53,920 nucleotides of DNA. Source: Acidobacteriota bacterium. GTDB taxonomy: Bacteria; Actinomycetota; Acidimicrobiia; Acidimicrobiales; RAAP-2. Positions 39,501 to 48,284 of this stretch are shown here, one piece after another. A program made the position numbers and the translations under genes. Under the pieces are notes generated by a model. It saw only the letters and a program-made list of their open reading frames with translations, did not search any database and had not been told where the DNA came from. The first letter of the stretch is position 1. Each line of letters starts with the position of its first letter. The stretch covers positions 24,122 to 78,041 of the forward strand of contig JABBNY010000001.1 in assembly GCA_019352095.1 (NCBI GenBank), in the 5' to 3' direction.

Positions 39501-40199
39501 CTATGCGTCGAGGCGAAAGCCCACTCCTCGGATCGTGATCAGGTGCGAGGGGGTGGCGGGGTCGACTTCGATCTTCTGGCGAAGGCGTTTGACGTGGGTG
39601 TCCAGTGTTCGCGTGTCGGAGAGCTCGAGTCCCCACCACAGGGTGTCAAGACAGACCTCCCGTGTCACCACTTGACCGAGACGAGAAGCGAAGAGGGCGA
39701 GCAGGTCGAACTCCTTGCGGCTCAGCTCGACCTCGAGGTTGCGACGGGTCAACGTACGTCGAACGACGTCGAGGCGCAGGTCGCCGAACGTGACGATCTC
39801 ATCGTCGCTCAGAGTGAGGGGGCGACGCAGCACCGCGCGCATGCGCGCCACGAGCTCTCGCAGACGATACGGCTTGGTCACGTAATCAGCGGCACCGATC
39901 TCCAGTCCCAGCACGACGTCGACCTCAGAGGTCCGCGCGGAGACCATTATCACCGGCGTACGCGAGGTGTCATAGATCTCTCGGCAGTAGTCAATGCCTG
40001 AGCCGTCGGGAAGCATGATGTCAAGAAGGACCAGGTCGGGCTTCGAAGTGGTCATGAGTGCTCGGGCCTGGTTGATGGTGCTGGCGGCGACGACGACGAA
40101 GCCCTCGACGGTGAGTCCGATGTTGAGCGCGTCCTGGTAGCTCTCCTCGTCCTCGACGACCATGACGACGCTACGACCCTCGGGATCGACCATGGTCAC
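39501..40199 (-). CDS. OmpR-family response regulator, RegX3-like, no adjacent kinase
   Basis: VEDE, LLDIMLP, GAADYVTKPY, DTRTLDTHVKRLRQKIE, TIRGVGFR. Confidence 0.92.
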   Translation of the reverse strand: MTMVDPEGRSVVMVVEDEESYQDALNIGLTVEGFVVVAASTINQARALMTTSKPDLVLLDIMLPDGSGIDYCREIYDTSRTPVIMVSARTSEVDVVLGLEIGAADYVTKPYRLRELVARMRAVLRRPLTLSDDEIVTFGDLRLDVVRRTLTRRNLEVELSRKEFDLLALFASRLGQVVTREVCLDTLWWGLELSDTRTLDTHVKRLRQKIEVDPATPSHLITIRGVGFRLDA

Positions 40200-40382
40200 G
40201 ATGTCGCTTCGATACGGGTCGTGCGGTGACGTGGGCCAAGAACCGTGTCACGGAGTGAAGTGCGAGTCACGCCCCCACGGTAAGGACGCTGGGTTACCGC
40301 AAAGTGAAAGAAGCGCTATCGAACGGTGCGAAACAAATGAAACCTTGTGCGTTCGACGCCCACGCACCATGAAAGCGGCGTC

Positions 40383-41834
40383 CTAGGACGCGCTCACCGT
40401 GAAGCCCTGGTAGTTGGAGGAGGCGTCGAGGTAACTGCCAATCCCCGCACACGTGCCATTGGTCTGACAGACAATCGAATAGATGCCGCCGTAAATACCA
40501 ACCCCTGAAGCGTTCGCGGGCAGCGTCAGGCGAACACCTGGTCGCCACACCCGATTCACTTCATTGATGGTCAACGCCTGGTACAGGCCGGCGGCGTCGA
40601 CGTACGCCGCGCCGGCGCTGCAGTTGCCCGTTGACGAACACGACACCGCCACCACGCCGCCGTTCTTACTGGCCTGACGAGACCCGGGGGGCAGGATGAG
40701 GGCGGTGGCGGGCTGCCATCGTGAGCCCACCTCGTTGACGAGGAAGCCTTGGTAGTGACCGATCGAATCTATGTACTGTCCACCGCTCGCGCAGTTCCCG
40801 GGCGAGGGACAGGCAATACCCTGGAATCCGAAGAATAGGACGTGCGGGTTGACCGCCGCGTTGGCGGGGAGTTGCAGTTGCACCGCTCGACGCCAGGCGC
40901 CGCGGCCCTCGCTCACCGCCATGCCTTGCACGCCGGTGCTGGTGTTGTAGGTTCCAACCGCCTCGCACGAACCTTTCGTCGAGCAGGCGACTTCGCTGAG
41001 CGAGGCGCCGGCGTACGTGCTGGCGTTACCGGGAAGTGCCACACTGATGGCCGGGCGCCACGTTCGATTGATTTGATTGACGACAATCGCGTGGGTGATG
41101 TTGTTGGCGTCGATGAACGAGCCGACCGCACTGCAGTTTCCCGATGACGAGCACGCGACTTGATTGAGCGTCACGTTGGGGTTACCTCGGGTTCCCGCGG
41201 GCAGCGCCACTTCACGAGCGCTGAGCCAATGACCATTGACTTCATCGACGACGAAGCCTTCGATGTTCGCGGTGGGCGCGGCATTGGCCTCGTAGGTTCC
41301 GACCGCGCTGCACATACCGGCGGCCTTGCACGCAATCGAGTGGACCTGAGATGACTGGTGAGTCTGAAGGGCGTTCGCGGGTAGGACAATCTTGGTGGCG
41401 GCGAGCCAACGCCCTCCGACTTCGCTCTTCACGAAACTCTGGACGTTATTCGATTTGTCGTAGTAGGTACCAACGGCGCTGCAGTTGCCCACGGCGCCAC
41501 ACCCCACGCCGTAGAGCGACACGCTGCCACTGGAGCCGGCGGCGGCGTCGCTCGGCGGCGTTGCCACCGTTGGTGCGCGCCATACCCCGCCAACCTCGTT
41601 GAGCAAGAGGCCAGCCTGGGTCGTGCCCGCCGCGTAGGAACCACCGGCGACACAGTTGCCGGGCGAGGGACAGGCGAGGAAGGGCAGGTAGCCCTGGTAG
41701 ACGCCTGAACTACCCGCCGGAAGGGTCGCGATGCTGGCCGCGTGCCAACTAGGGTCGATCGACGCGCTCGCGGGCGTGCTGAGTGCCAGCGTCGTCAATG
41801 AGGCCATCCACAGTGCTGTTCGTTGAAACTTCAC
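40383..41834 (-). CDS. Secreted Cys-rich repeat protein (8 CxxxxxC repeats)
   Basis: Signal peptide ending PASA; eight repeats of about 55-60 aa. Confidence 0.85.
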   Translation of the reverse strand: MKFQRTALWMASLTTLALSTPASASIDPSWHAASIATLPAGSSGVYQGYLPFLACPSPGNCVAGGSYAAGTTQAGLLLNEVGGVWRAPTVATPPSDAAAGSSGSVSLYGVGCGAVGNCSAVGTYYDKSNNVQSFVKSEVGGRWLAATKIVLPANALQTHQSSQVHSIACKAAGMCSAVGTYEANAAPTANIEGFVVDEVNGHWLSAREVALPAGTRGNPNVTLNQVACSSSGNCSAVGSFIDANNITHAIVVNQINRTWRPAISVALPGNASTYAGASLSEVACSTKGSCEAVGTYNTSTGVQGMAVSEGRGAWRRAVQLQLPANAAVNPHVLFFGFQGIACPSPGNCASGGQYIDSIGHYQGFLVNEVGSRWQPATALILPPGSRQASKNGGVVAVSCSSTGNCSAGAAYVDAAGLYQALTINEVNRVWRPGVRLTLPANASGVGIYGGIYSIVCQTNGTCAGIGSYLDASSNYQGFTVSAS

Positions 41835-42025
41835 TTACGACTCACGATCTTGTACGCGGTAGGCAATTATGCGCACGAAGAACCGACTCGAATCTCGTAG
41901 AGACTTCGAGTGAATTCTTCACTACACCTAAGTATAAGTTTGCTCGATCGAGCTCTTAACGAGCGTGGCGAATCCGGCGAGATTCCCTGACGGTCGTTCG
42001 CTGGAACCGTGATGATCACTGGCAC

Positions 42026-42661
42026 CTACTTCGCCAGCGGATTGGGGCGAAGAGGTTCGGCCTCGTCTGGCGAGTCCATATGGCCAATCCCCGAGGCCAA
42101 CATGATCGAATTGGGAATCTTCAACACGCCGTCTTCGGTGCGTACCGTGACGTAGGTGAGTCCAATGCCGATGACCCGCGCATCAAGCACGCCGATTGTT
42201 CCCGATCGGACGCGGATGTGATCGCCGACACCAAAAGGTCTTGCGAAGAGCAGCACCAGTGCCGCGAAGATGTTCGCCAGACTCTGTTGGGCGGCGATAC
42301 CGAGTACGACACCGGCCACACCGGCGCCTATCAGCAAGCGCTGTAGGGACACGCCGAGCACGGCGAAGGTCGCGAAGAGCATGATGACGTAACCCACGCC
42401 GGTTGCGACCAGGCGGACGACGGCGCCGGCGGACTGCACGGAGCGACGGGTGATGACCCGGCCTAATGCCGCAGCGATGTGACGAATCGCCACGACGCTC
42501 GCGATCATCAGTCCCGCGACACACAGCCATTCAATCAAGCGAGCGTGCGACGTGGACGAATGGAACCTCTGCACGTCAGACCCGACGACGAGCGCCGCTA
42601 CGGCCAGCACGCCACTGAGCACGCCCACGAGCGTGTCGCGCCGATGACTCCTTGCTACCAC
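42026..42661 (-). CDS. Small-conductance mechanosensitive channel (MscS family)
   Basis: GVVLGIAAQQSLANIFAALVLLFARPFGVGDHI, IPNS; start uncertain (GTG 42661). Confidence 0.85.
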   Translation of the reverse strand: MVARSHRRDTLVGVLSGVLAVAALVVGSDVQRFHSSTSHARLIEWLCVAGLMIASVVAIRHIAAALGRVITRRSVQSAGAVVRLVATGVGYVIMLFATFAVLGVSLQRLLIGAGVAGVVLGIAAQQSLANIFAALVLLFARPFGVGDHIRVRSGTIGVLDARVIGIGLTYVTVRTEDGVLKIPNSIMLASGIGHMDSPDEAEPLRPNPLAK

Positions 42662-42784
42662 GAGCGACGCCCTGTTGTCATTACTCCAACTGTAATGAGG
42701 TCGGGCGCGAAGCGTATCTGGGTACTGCGCTTGTCGTAGTGCGACCGTTCTCGTGGGGTGTGTGGTTCGACGTACAATGCAGCA

Positions 42785-43192
42785 ATGCGACGCTACATCC
42801 CCCACATGCTCTTGCTCGTGCTCACGGTTCTCGCCGGGTCGTTTGCGGTGCTCTCGTGGAATCAGGCGCACGAGAGTTCGGTGTCGATCTACGACTGTTC
42901 GACGACGAGTTCGGTGGCGCCCTCGAGCATGGTCCTCACGTGCGCCGATGCGAACACGCTCGTGAAGAATCTGAGGTGGAGTGGATGGGGTGAGCCCACC
43001 GCGACCGCGACGGGCCTGGGCTCCTGGAACGATTGCACGCCAAACTGTGCGAGCGGCAAATGGAAGAGCGCACCGGTAACGATTTCGGCGTACCGGATTC
43101 GACATGGCCACTACACGCGGGTCAACGGCACCAATCAGCACCTGTTTGGCGGAGGCCCGATTGACATGGTGTCGTACCCGCCCGCGGGTTAG
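42785..43192 (+). CDS. Secreted Cys-containing protein of unknown function
   Basis: Signal peptide; CADAN..LRWSGWG..ATATG..NDCTPNCASG; TACAAT six nt before ATG. Confidence 0.8.
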   Translation: MRRYIPHMLLLVLTVLAGSFAVLSWNQAHESSVSIYDCSTTSSVAPSSMVLTCADANTLVKNLRWSGWGEPTATATGLGSWNDCTPNCASGKWKSAPVTISAYRIRHGHYTRVNGTNQHLFGGGPIDMVSYPPAG

Positions 43193-43224
43193 GTCACGAC
43201 TATTCGACCGGCGCAGGCCTGCGC

Positions 43225-45879
43225 TCAGCCTCGGTTCGGGCGCTTTTGATGCGGGGGCTCGATGTGGATGAAGCGTGATGCCCGGCGTCGCACGCGTCGC
43301 TCGTGGCGTTGGGAGGTGCTGAGCGGGTGCGCAGTGACCTTGAGACGAATTGACCGGTAGAAGCGAACCTTGGCCGTTTCGACGAGAAGAAGATAGACCA
43401 CGACCATGCCCGTGAGCCATAGAAAGAAGATGGCCGGAAGTGGCGTGAAGCCCAGTACGTGCGCGAGTGGGGTATAGGGAAGTACGGCACCGACGAGTGC
43501 GGCACTGGTGGGCACGATTGCCATCGCGCGGCTCGGGCGACTTCGAAAGAACGGAACGCGTCGAGTCCTGATGATGAAGACGATGAGCGTTTGGGTCGCG
43601 ATCGATTCCACGAACCAGCCCGTTCGAAATTCCACGTGATTGGCGTGCAGAACCTGCAACATCACCCAGAACGTCAAGAAATCGAAGAGCGAGCTGATGG
43701 GCCCGAAGATTGACATGAAGTGACGAATGAACTTCATGTCCCAGGCCGCGGGTCGAGCCAACGACTCGGCGTCCACGCGGTCCGAGGGGATGACGAGCTG
43801 TCCGGCGTCGTAGAGCAGATTGTTGAGCAGTATCTGGGAGGGCAACATCGGCAGGAAGGGTAGAAAGACCGAGGCACCCGCGGCGCTGAACATGTTGCCG
43901 AAATTTGATGACGTAGCCATGAGCACGTACTTCATGGTGTTGGAGAAGATCCGGCGCCCCTCCATGACCCCCTCGGCGAGGACGCCGAGGTCCTTATCGA
44001 GAAGGACGACGTCGGCAGCGTCCTTTGCGACGTCGGTGCCCGAATCGACCGAGATGCCAACGTCGGCGTGGTGAAGTGCGACCGCATCGTTGACGCCATC
44101 ACCCAGATAGGCGACGTCTTTTCCCATGTGTCGGGCCAATTTGATGATCCGTGATTTCTGGTCCGGTGTGATGCGTGAGAACACGGTCGTGTGTTCAATG
44201 GCGCGAGCGAGCTCGTCATCGCTCAGAGCTACGAGGTCGGTGCCGTTCAAGAGACCCTTGCTGGCGAGGCCGATCAGCGTGCACACCTTGGTGGCGACCA
44301 CACCGTTGTCACCGGTGATGATCTTGACCTCGACGCCCAACTGCTCCAACTTCTCAATCGAGGAACTCACGTCACTCTTGACGCGATCGGCGAAGGTGAG
44401 GAACCCTTCGAAGTGGAGTTCGGCCTCGTCGCTCGTGCTGGGTGCACTTGTAGTGATGACGCGAGTCGCCACGGCGACGACACGCTCACCGTCAGCGAAG
44501 AGTCCGCCCAGCGTGATGCGCGCGCTCTTGGACACATTGGTGCAGTGATCGAGGACCGATTCCGGCGAGCCTTTGGTCACCAGCAGGAGTCCGCCGGCGG
44601 GGTCATCGACGACCACTGAGGCGCGTTGTCGTTCGTGATCGAATGGCATGAGTGCGCGCCGGGTGTAGCTCGCCGCGGCGTGAGCCAGCGCTGCATCCTC
44701 GTGGGCAGCGCTCGACCCGAGCAGAGCCTGATCCAGCGCATTGCCACCCACGGGTCCGTTGTCGCCACGAGATGACTCGTTGCAGACAAGTCCGAGCAAC
44801 AAGGGCCGATCACTGTGCTCACCGTGCTCGTCGAGGGACTGCTCGAACTCAATAGCGCCTTCGGTGAGTGTTCCGGTCTTGTCCGTGAAGAGGATCTCAA
44901 TATTGCCGAGGTCCTCAATGGCGATCAGTCGCTTGACGAGTACCTTCTTTGCGGCGAGCGCTCGAGACCCCGACGCCAGGCTGATCGTCACGATCGCCGG
45001 CATCATCTCTGGAGCAATGCCAACGGCAATGGCGAGCGAGAACAGCAGTGCCTCGAGCAGCGGGCGCGACAATGCGATGTTCATGACGAACACGAATCCG
45101 GTGAGCGCACTTGCGACGAGGAAGAGGAATCTCGAGAAGCGCGAAAGGCCCACTTCGAAACTGGTGCGGGCCTGCTGCTCGGAGAGACCAGCGGCGATGT
45201 GTCCGAATGCGGTGCGCTGACCGGTTGCGACCACGACACCCACGCCAGAGCCTTCGTGCACCAAGGTTCCCATGAAGGCGCACGACGTCAACCCCTTGGT
45301 CGGCTCGACGGCGGGTTCGCTTGATTTGATCACCGGTACCGATTCACCAGTCAGTATCGCTTCATCGCATTCGAGTTCATTGACCTCGAGCAAGCGCACG
45401 TCGGCGGGTACGATGGCCCCGATACGCAGCATCACAATGTCGCCGGGCACCAATTGGGTGACTGACACTTCAACAACGTGGCCATCACGGCGGACTTGGG
45501 CCTTCTGGCTGATCTTCGAGCGAAGCGCGGTCATGGCGAGTTCCGCGGCGTACTCATTGAAAAAGCCCAGTCCAACACTGAGCGCCACGATCGCCGCGAT
45601 GATGATCGCGTTCGTGCCACCGCCGGTCACCCCCGAGAGCAGGGCAGCGCCAAGGAGCAAGAGCATCAACGGATTTCGTAACTGGCGAACGAGCACCATC
45701 GACGCGTGGACCTTACGGGCGCTGAGTATGTTCGGCCCCACTTTCGTGAGTCGCACGTGCACGTCGTCTGACGAGAGCCCGGTGGCGCTACTTTCGAGGC
45801 GAGCAAGGACCGCGTCGGCGCGCAACCCTCCAGCCTCGTCGAGATTGAGTTGCGAGGAGGCGTCTCGGGTCGAAGTCAT
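43225..45879 (-). CDS. mgtA: Magnesium-translocating P-type ATPase (P3B)
   Basis: LTGES, APEMMP, DKTGTLT, TGDN, GDGVNDA, SSNFGNMFS, WFVES. Confidence 0.93.
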   Translation of the reverse strand: MTSTRDASSQLNLDEAGGLRADAVLARLESSATGLSSDDVHVRLTKVGPNILSARKVHASMVLVRQLRNPLMLLLLGAALLSGVTGGGTNAIIIAAIVALSVGLGFFNEYAAELAMTALRSKISQKAQVRRDGHVVEVSVTQLVPGDIVMLRIGAIVPADVRLLEVNELECDEAILTGESVPVIKSSEPAVEPTKGLTSCAFMGTLVHEGSGVGVVVATGQRTAFGHIAAGLSEQQARTSFEVGLSRFSRFLFLVASALTGFVFVMNIALSRPLLEALLFSLAIAVGIAPEMMPAIVTISLASGSRALAAKKVLVKRLIAIEDLGNIEILFTDKTGTLTEGAIEFEQSLDEHGEHSDRPLLLGLVCNESSRGDNGPVGGNALDQALLGSSAAHEDAALAHAAASYTRRALMPFDHERQRASVVVDDPAGGLLLVTKGSPESVLDHCTNVSKSARITLGGLFADGERVVAVATRVITTSAPSTSDEAELHFEGFLTFADRVKSDVSSSIEKLEQLGVEVKIITGDNGVVATKVCTLIGLASKGLLNGTDLVALSDDELARAIEHTTVFSRITPDQKSRIIKLARHMGKDVAYLGDGVNDAVALHHADVGISVDSGTDVAKDAADVVLLDKDLGVLAEGVMEGRRIFSNTMKYVLMATSSNFGNMFSAAGASVFLPFLPMLPSQILLNNLLYDAGQLVIPSDRVDAESLARPAAWDMKFIRHFMSIFGPISSLFDFLTFWVMLQVLHANHVEFRTGWFVESIATQTLIVFIIRTRRVPFFRSRPSRAMAIVPTSAALVGAVLPYTPLAHVLGFTPLPAIFFLWLTGMVVVYLLLVETAKVRFYRSIRLKVTAHPLSTSQRHERRVRRRASRFIHIEPPHQKRPNRG

Positions 45880-46013
45880 TCGCGCGAGCTCAATCGCTGG
45901 TTAAGAATGTGAACCCGCACGCCGACTCGTCGTGAACTGATCGCGTGCGACGAGAGCACCCTCGCGCCTGGCAAAAATCTGACTCCGCGTCGATGCTCGA
46001 TGCGCGACGACGT

Positions 46014-46313
46014 CTATTCTTTGGTCTCGTCGCGAAGCAATTTGCGCCGGGTCTTGTATTCGTCCGCGTCGATTTCGCCTCGCGCGAAGCGCTGGTCGAG
46101 AATCTGGGCGGCGTCGTGCGCCGGTGGTGACTTCGGAGGCTCACCTTGGTACCAGGGATTGGAACCCCAATGGTGGTGGCGGTAATCGTGATCATGGCGA
46201 TGGAACATCCCCGAGGCAATCCACGAGATGAGACCGAGTATGAGCAATATGAGTAGGAACGCCATCAATCCACGCGCGAGCCAATCGCCATTGTTGTAAC
46301 CGTACGGGCCCAT
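46014..46313 (-). CDS. SHOCT-domain membrane protein with His-rich linker
   Basis: One TM, HRHDHDYRHHH, ILDQRFARGEIDADEY; SD GAAAGGA. Confidence 0.85.
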   Translation of the reverse strand: MGPYGYNNGDWLARGLMAFLLILLILGLISWIASGMFHRHDHDYRHHHWGSNPWYQGEPPKSPPAHDAAQILDQRFARGEIDADEYKTRRKLLRDETKE

Positions 46314-46465
46314 GCGCTTGCCGTCCTTTCACTACCTGACCATGGTTTAGGTCGGTTCAAGAAACAGTCGCTAAGGGCCAAAGTAACATCTTGGCGGGAC
46401 GCGGTTTCATTCCAGTGGCACTCAAGTGATTGGCGCGAGATGGCGAACAGTGTGCGAGGACTCGC

Positions 46466-47089
46466 GTGAAGGCGAATGTTCTTGAGGTCTACGCGGACAT
46501 CTGGTGTCCCTTCGCGCACGTTGGGCTTCGTGCAGCAAAGGCTGTGCGCGACGAACGAAGCTCACATCGTGAGCCCATGATGATTCGAGCGTGGCCGCTA
46601 GAACTTGTCAACGGCGTCGCGATGGACAGTGCCAAGACCGCCGATCACGTGCGTGAACTGCGCGCACAGGTCGCACCCACACTGTTCGCCGGGTTCGATG
46701 AGGCCGTATTCCCTTCGTCCTCGTTACCGGCCCTGGCCCTCGTCGCACGCGCGTACGACGAGGGCCCCCACGTCGGCGAAGCAATGAGTTTCGCCGTACG
46801 TGATGCCTTGTTCGAACGGGGTGAGGACATTAGTGACTTTGAGGTATTGGCCGAATTGGCGGGGCGCCTCGACGTAGCGTTCGACGCGAGGATCGAGTTG
46901 GACGCGGTGTACGAGGATTGGCGAACGGGTCAGGCACGCGGCGTCAAGGGTTCGCCACACTTCTTTTGTGCCAATTCGAACGCCTTTTGCCCCGCGCTCG
47001 ACATCGAGCGCGACACGACGGGTCACCTGTCACTGCACCTGCGCTCGAGTGAACTCGAGACGTTCCTCGCGGGTTGCTTTCGCTCCTAG
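46466..47089 (+). CDS. DsbA/FrnE-like thioredoxin-fold protein (CPFA monothiol)
   Basis: YADIWCPFAH, RAWPLELVNG, GVKGSPHFF; GTG 46466 after GAGGA. Confidence 0.8.
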   Translation: MKANVLEVYADIWCPFAHVGLRAAKAVRDERSSHREPMMIRAWPLELVNGVAMDSAKTADHVRELRAQVAPTLFAGFDEAVFPSSSLPALALVARAYDEGPHVGEAMSFAVRDALFERGEDISDFEVLAELAGRLDVAFDARIELDAVYEDWRTGQARGVKGSPHFFCANSNAFCPALDIERDTTGHLSLHLRSSELETFLAGCFRS

Positions 47090-47100
47090 TGCGAGTGGAC

Positions 47101-47472
47101 CTAGCTGGCGGCGTTCTGCTCGGCGAGGACCTGGCGATGGACTTCAACCATGTCGATCTTCTTCACCTGCTCGATGAGATCGACCAGAGCCTTCTCCGGC
47201 AATGCACCGGCTTGGCTGAAGAGCACGACGTTCTCGCGAATGATCATCAGGGTCGGAATCGACATGATGTTGAACGAAGCCGCGATGCCCTGCTGCGCCT
47301 CGGTATCGATCTTGCCAAAGACGATGTCTGGATACGTCTCGGAAGCCTTCTCAAAGACGGGAGCGAACGTGCGGCATGGACCGCACCAAGCAGCCCAGAA
47401 GTCGAGCAGGACAATGTCGTTAGACGACGTCACCTCTTCGAAGTTCTGCTCGGTAATCTCAACTGTTGCCAC
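47101..47472 (-). CDS. Second thioredoxin
   Basis: DFWAAWCGPCRTFAP, SIPTL, QAGALP; GTG 47472 after AAGGAGG. Confidence 0.93.
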   Translation of the reverse strand: MATVEITEQNFEEVTSSNDIVLLDFWAAWCGPCRTFAPVFEKASETYPDIVFGKIDTEAQQGIAASFNIMSIPTLMIIRENVVLFSQAGALPEKALVDLIEQVKKIDMVEVHRQVLAEQNAAS

Positions 47473-47577
47473 TGGCGGCCTCCTTGTTCTCTGCATCCAT
47501 TTGTAATTGCACGGCACCCATTTTCGCCACTCGCGTGACCAGTGTCTTTACAGACTACTGAGCGAATCTCGATTGTG

Positions 47578-47593
47578 ATACCCCCTGGGGTAT
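47578..47593. promoter_or_regulatory. CsoR/RicR/CstR-type operator
   Basis: ATACCCCCTGGGGTAT dyad immediately downstream of a minus-strand TACAAT -10. Confidence 0.7.
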
Positions 47594-47738
47594 ATTGTAC
47601 CACGACTTCCTCGAATCATGCCGCACATCGTGGTGCGCGATAGGTACCTGTTCACGAGGTGTGCTGCGAACGAGTACGGTGCTGATTACTGTGGCTGACA
47701 GCGGCAGCTCGACGTTGCCCTCGAAAGGAGTGTTCGAC

Positions 47739-48269
47739 ATGCCAAGAGATCCATATGAGGACCTACCCCAGATTGCGTCATTCGAGGTGACGTCCACTGA
47801 TTTCGTGAACGGCGGTGAGCTCGGCGTGGCTCAACGCAGCGGCATGATGGGCGCGGGTGGCTCAGACACCTCGCCGCAATTGTCCTGGAGCGGGTTTCCC
47901 GCCGACACCAAGAGCTTCGCCATCACCGTCTATGACCCAGTAGCGCCGACCGCATCGGGGTTTTGGCACTGGGCAGTGGCGAACATACCCGCCACGGTGA
48001 CCTCACTCCCGGCGGGCGCGGGTGATGACGCTGGTGGCGGTCTTCCCCCAGGAGCCGTCCAGTTCGCCAATGATGCGAGTATGAAGCGTTACGTTGGGGC
48101 GGCTCCGCCCCCCGGCCATGGGACGCACTACTACTACGTTGTAGTTCACGCGGTCGACGTTGAGGACTTGGGATTGCCCGAAAATGCCACACCGGCCTAT
48201 TTGGGCTTCAACTTGTTCATGCACTCCTTGGCGCGCGCGGTGTTGGTTGGCACCTACGCCCAGAAGTAG
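47739..48269 (+). CDS. YbhB/YbcL (PEBP) family protein
   Basis: [31 protein letters not shown]; SD AAGGAG. Confidence 0.92.
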   Translation: MPRDPYEDLPQIASFEVTSTDFVNGGELGVAQRSGMMGAGGSDTSPQLSWSGFPADTKSFAITVYDPVAPTASGFWHWAVANIPATVTSLPAGAGDDAGGGLPPGAVQFANDASMKRYVGAAPPPGHGTHYYYVVVHAVDVEDLGLPENATPAYLGFNLFMHSLARAVLVGTYAQK

Positions 48270-48284
48270 GACCTCCGACGCTGA

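Noticed and set aside
42662-43420. 464-aa extended MscS ORF
   Set aside because: The extension is antisense to the secreted protein at 42785-43192 and overlaps mgtA; artefact of start calling
45880-46013. M-box or yybP-ykoY riboswitch before mgtA
   Set aside because: Only 134 bp and no conserved core that I can recognise; an Infernal scan would be decisive
46371-46390. TAAGGGCCAAAGTAAC as a DosR/DevR box
   Set aside because: Right half is poor, single copy, no dosR-type genes in the window
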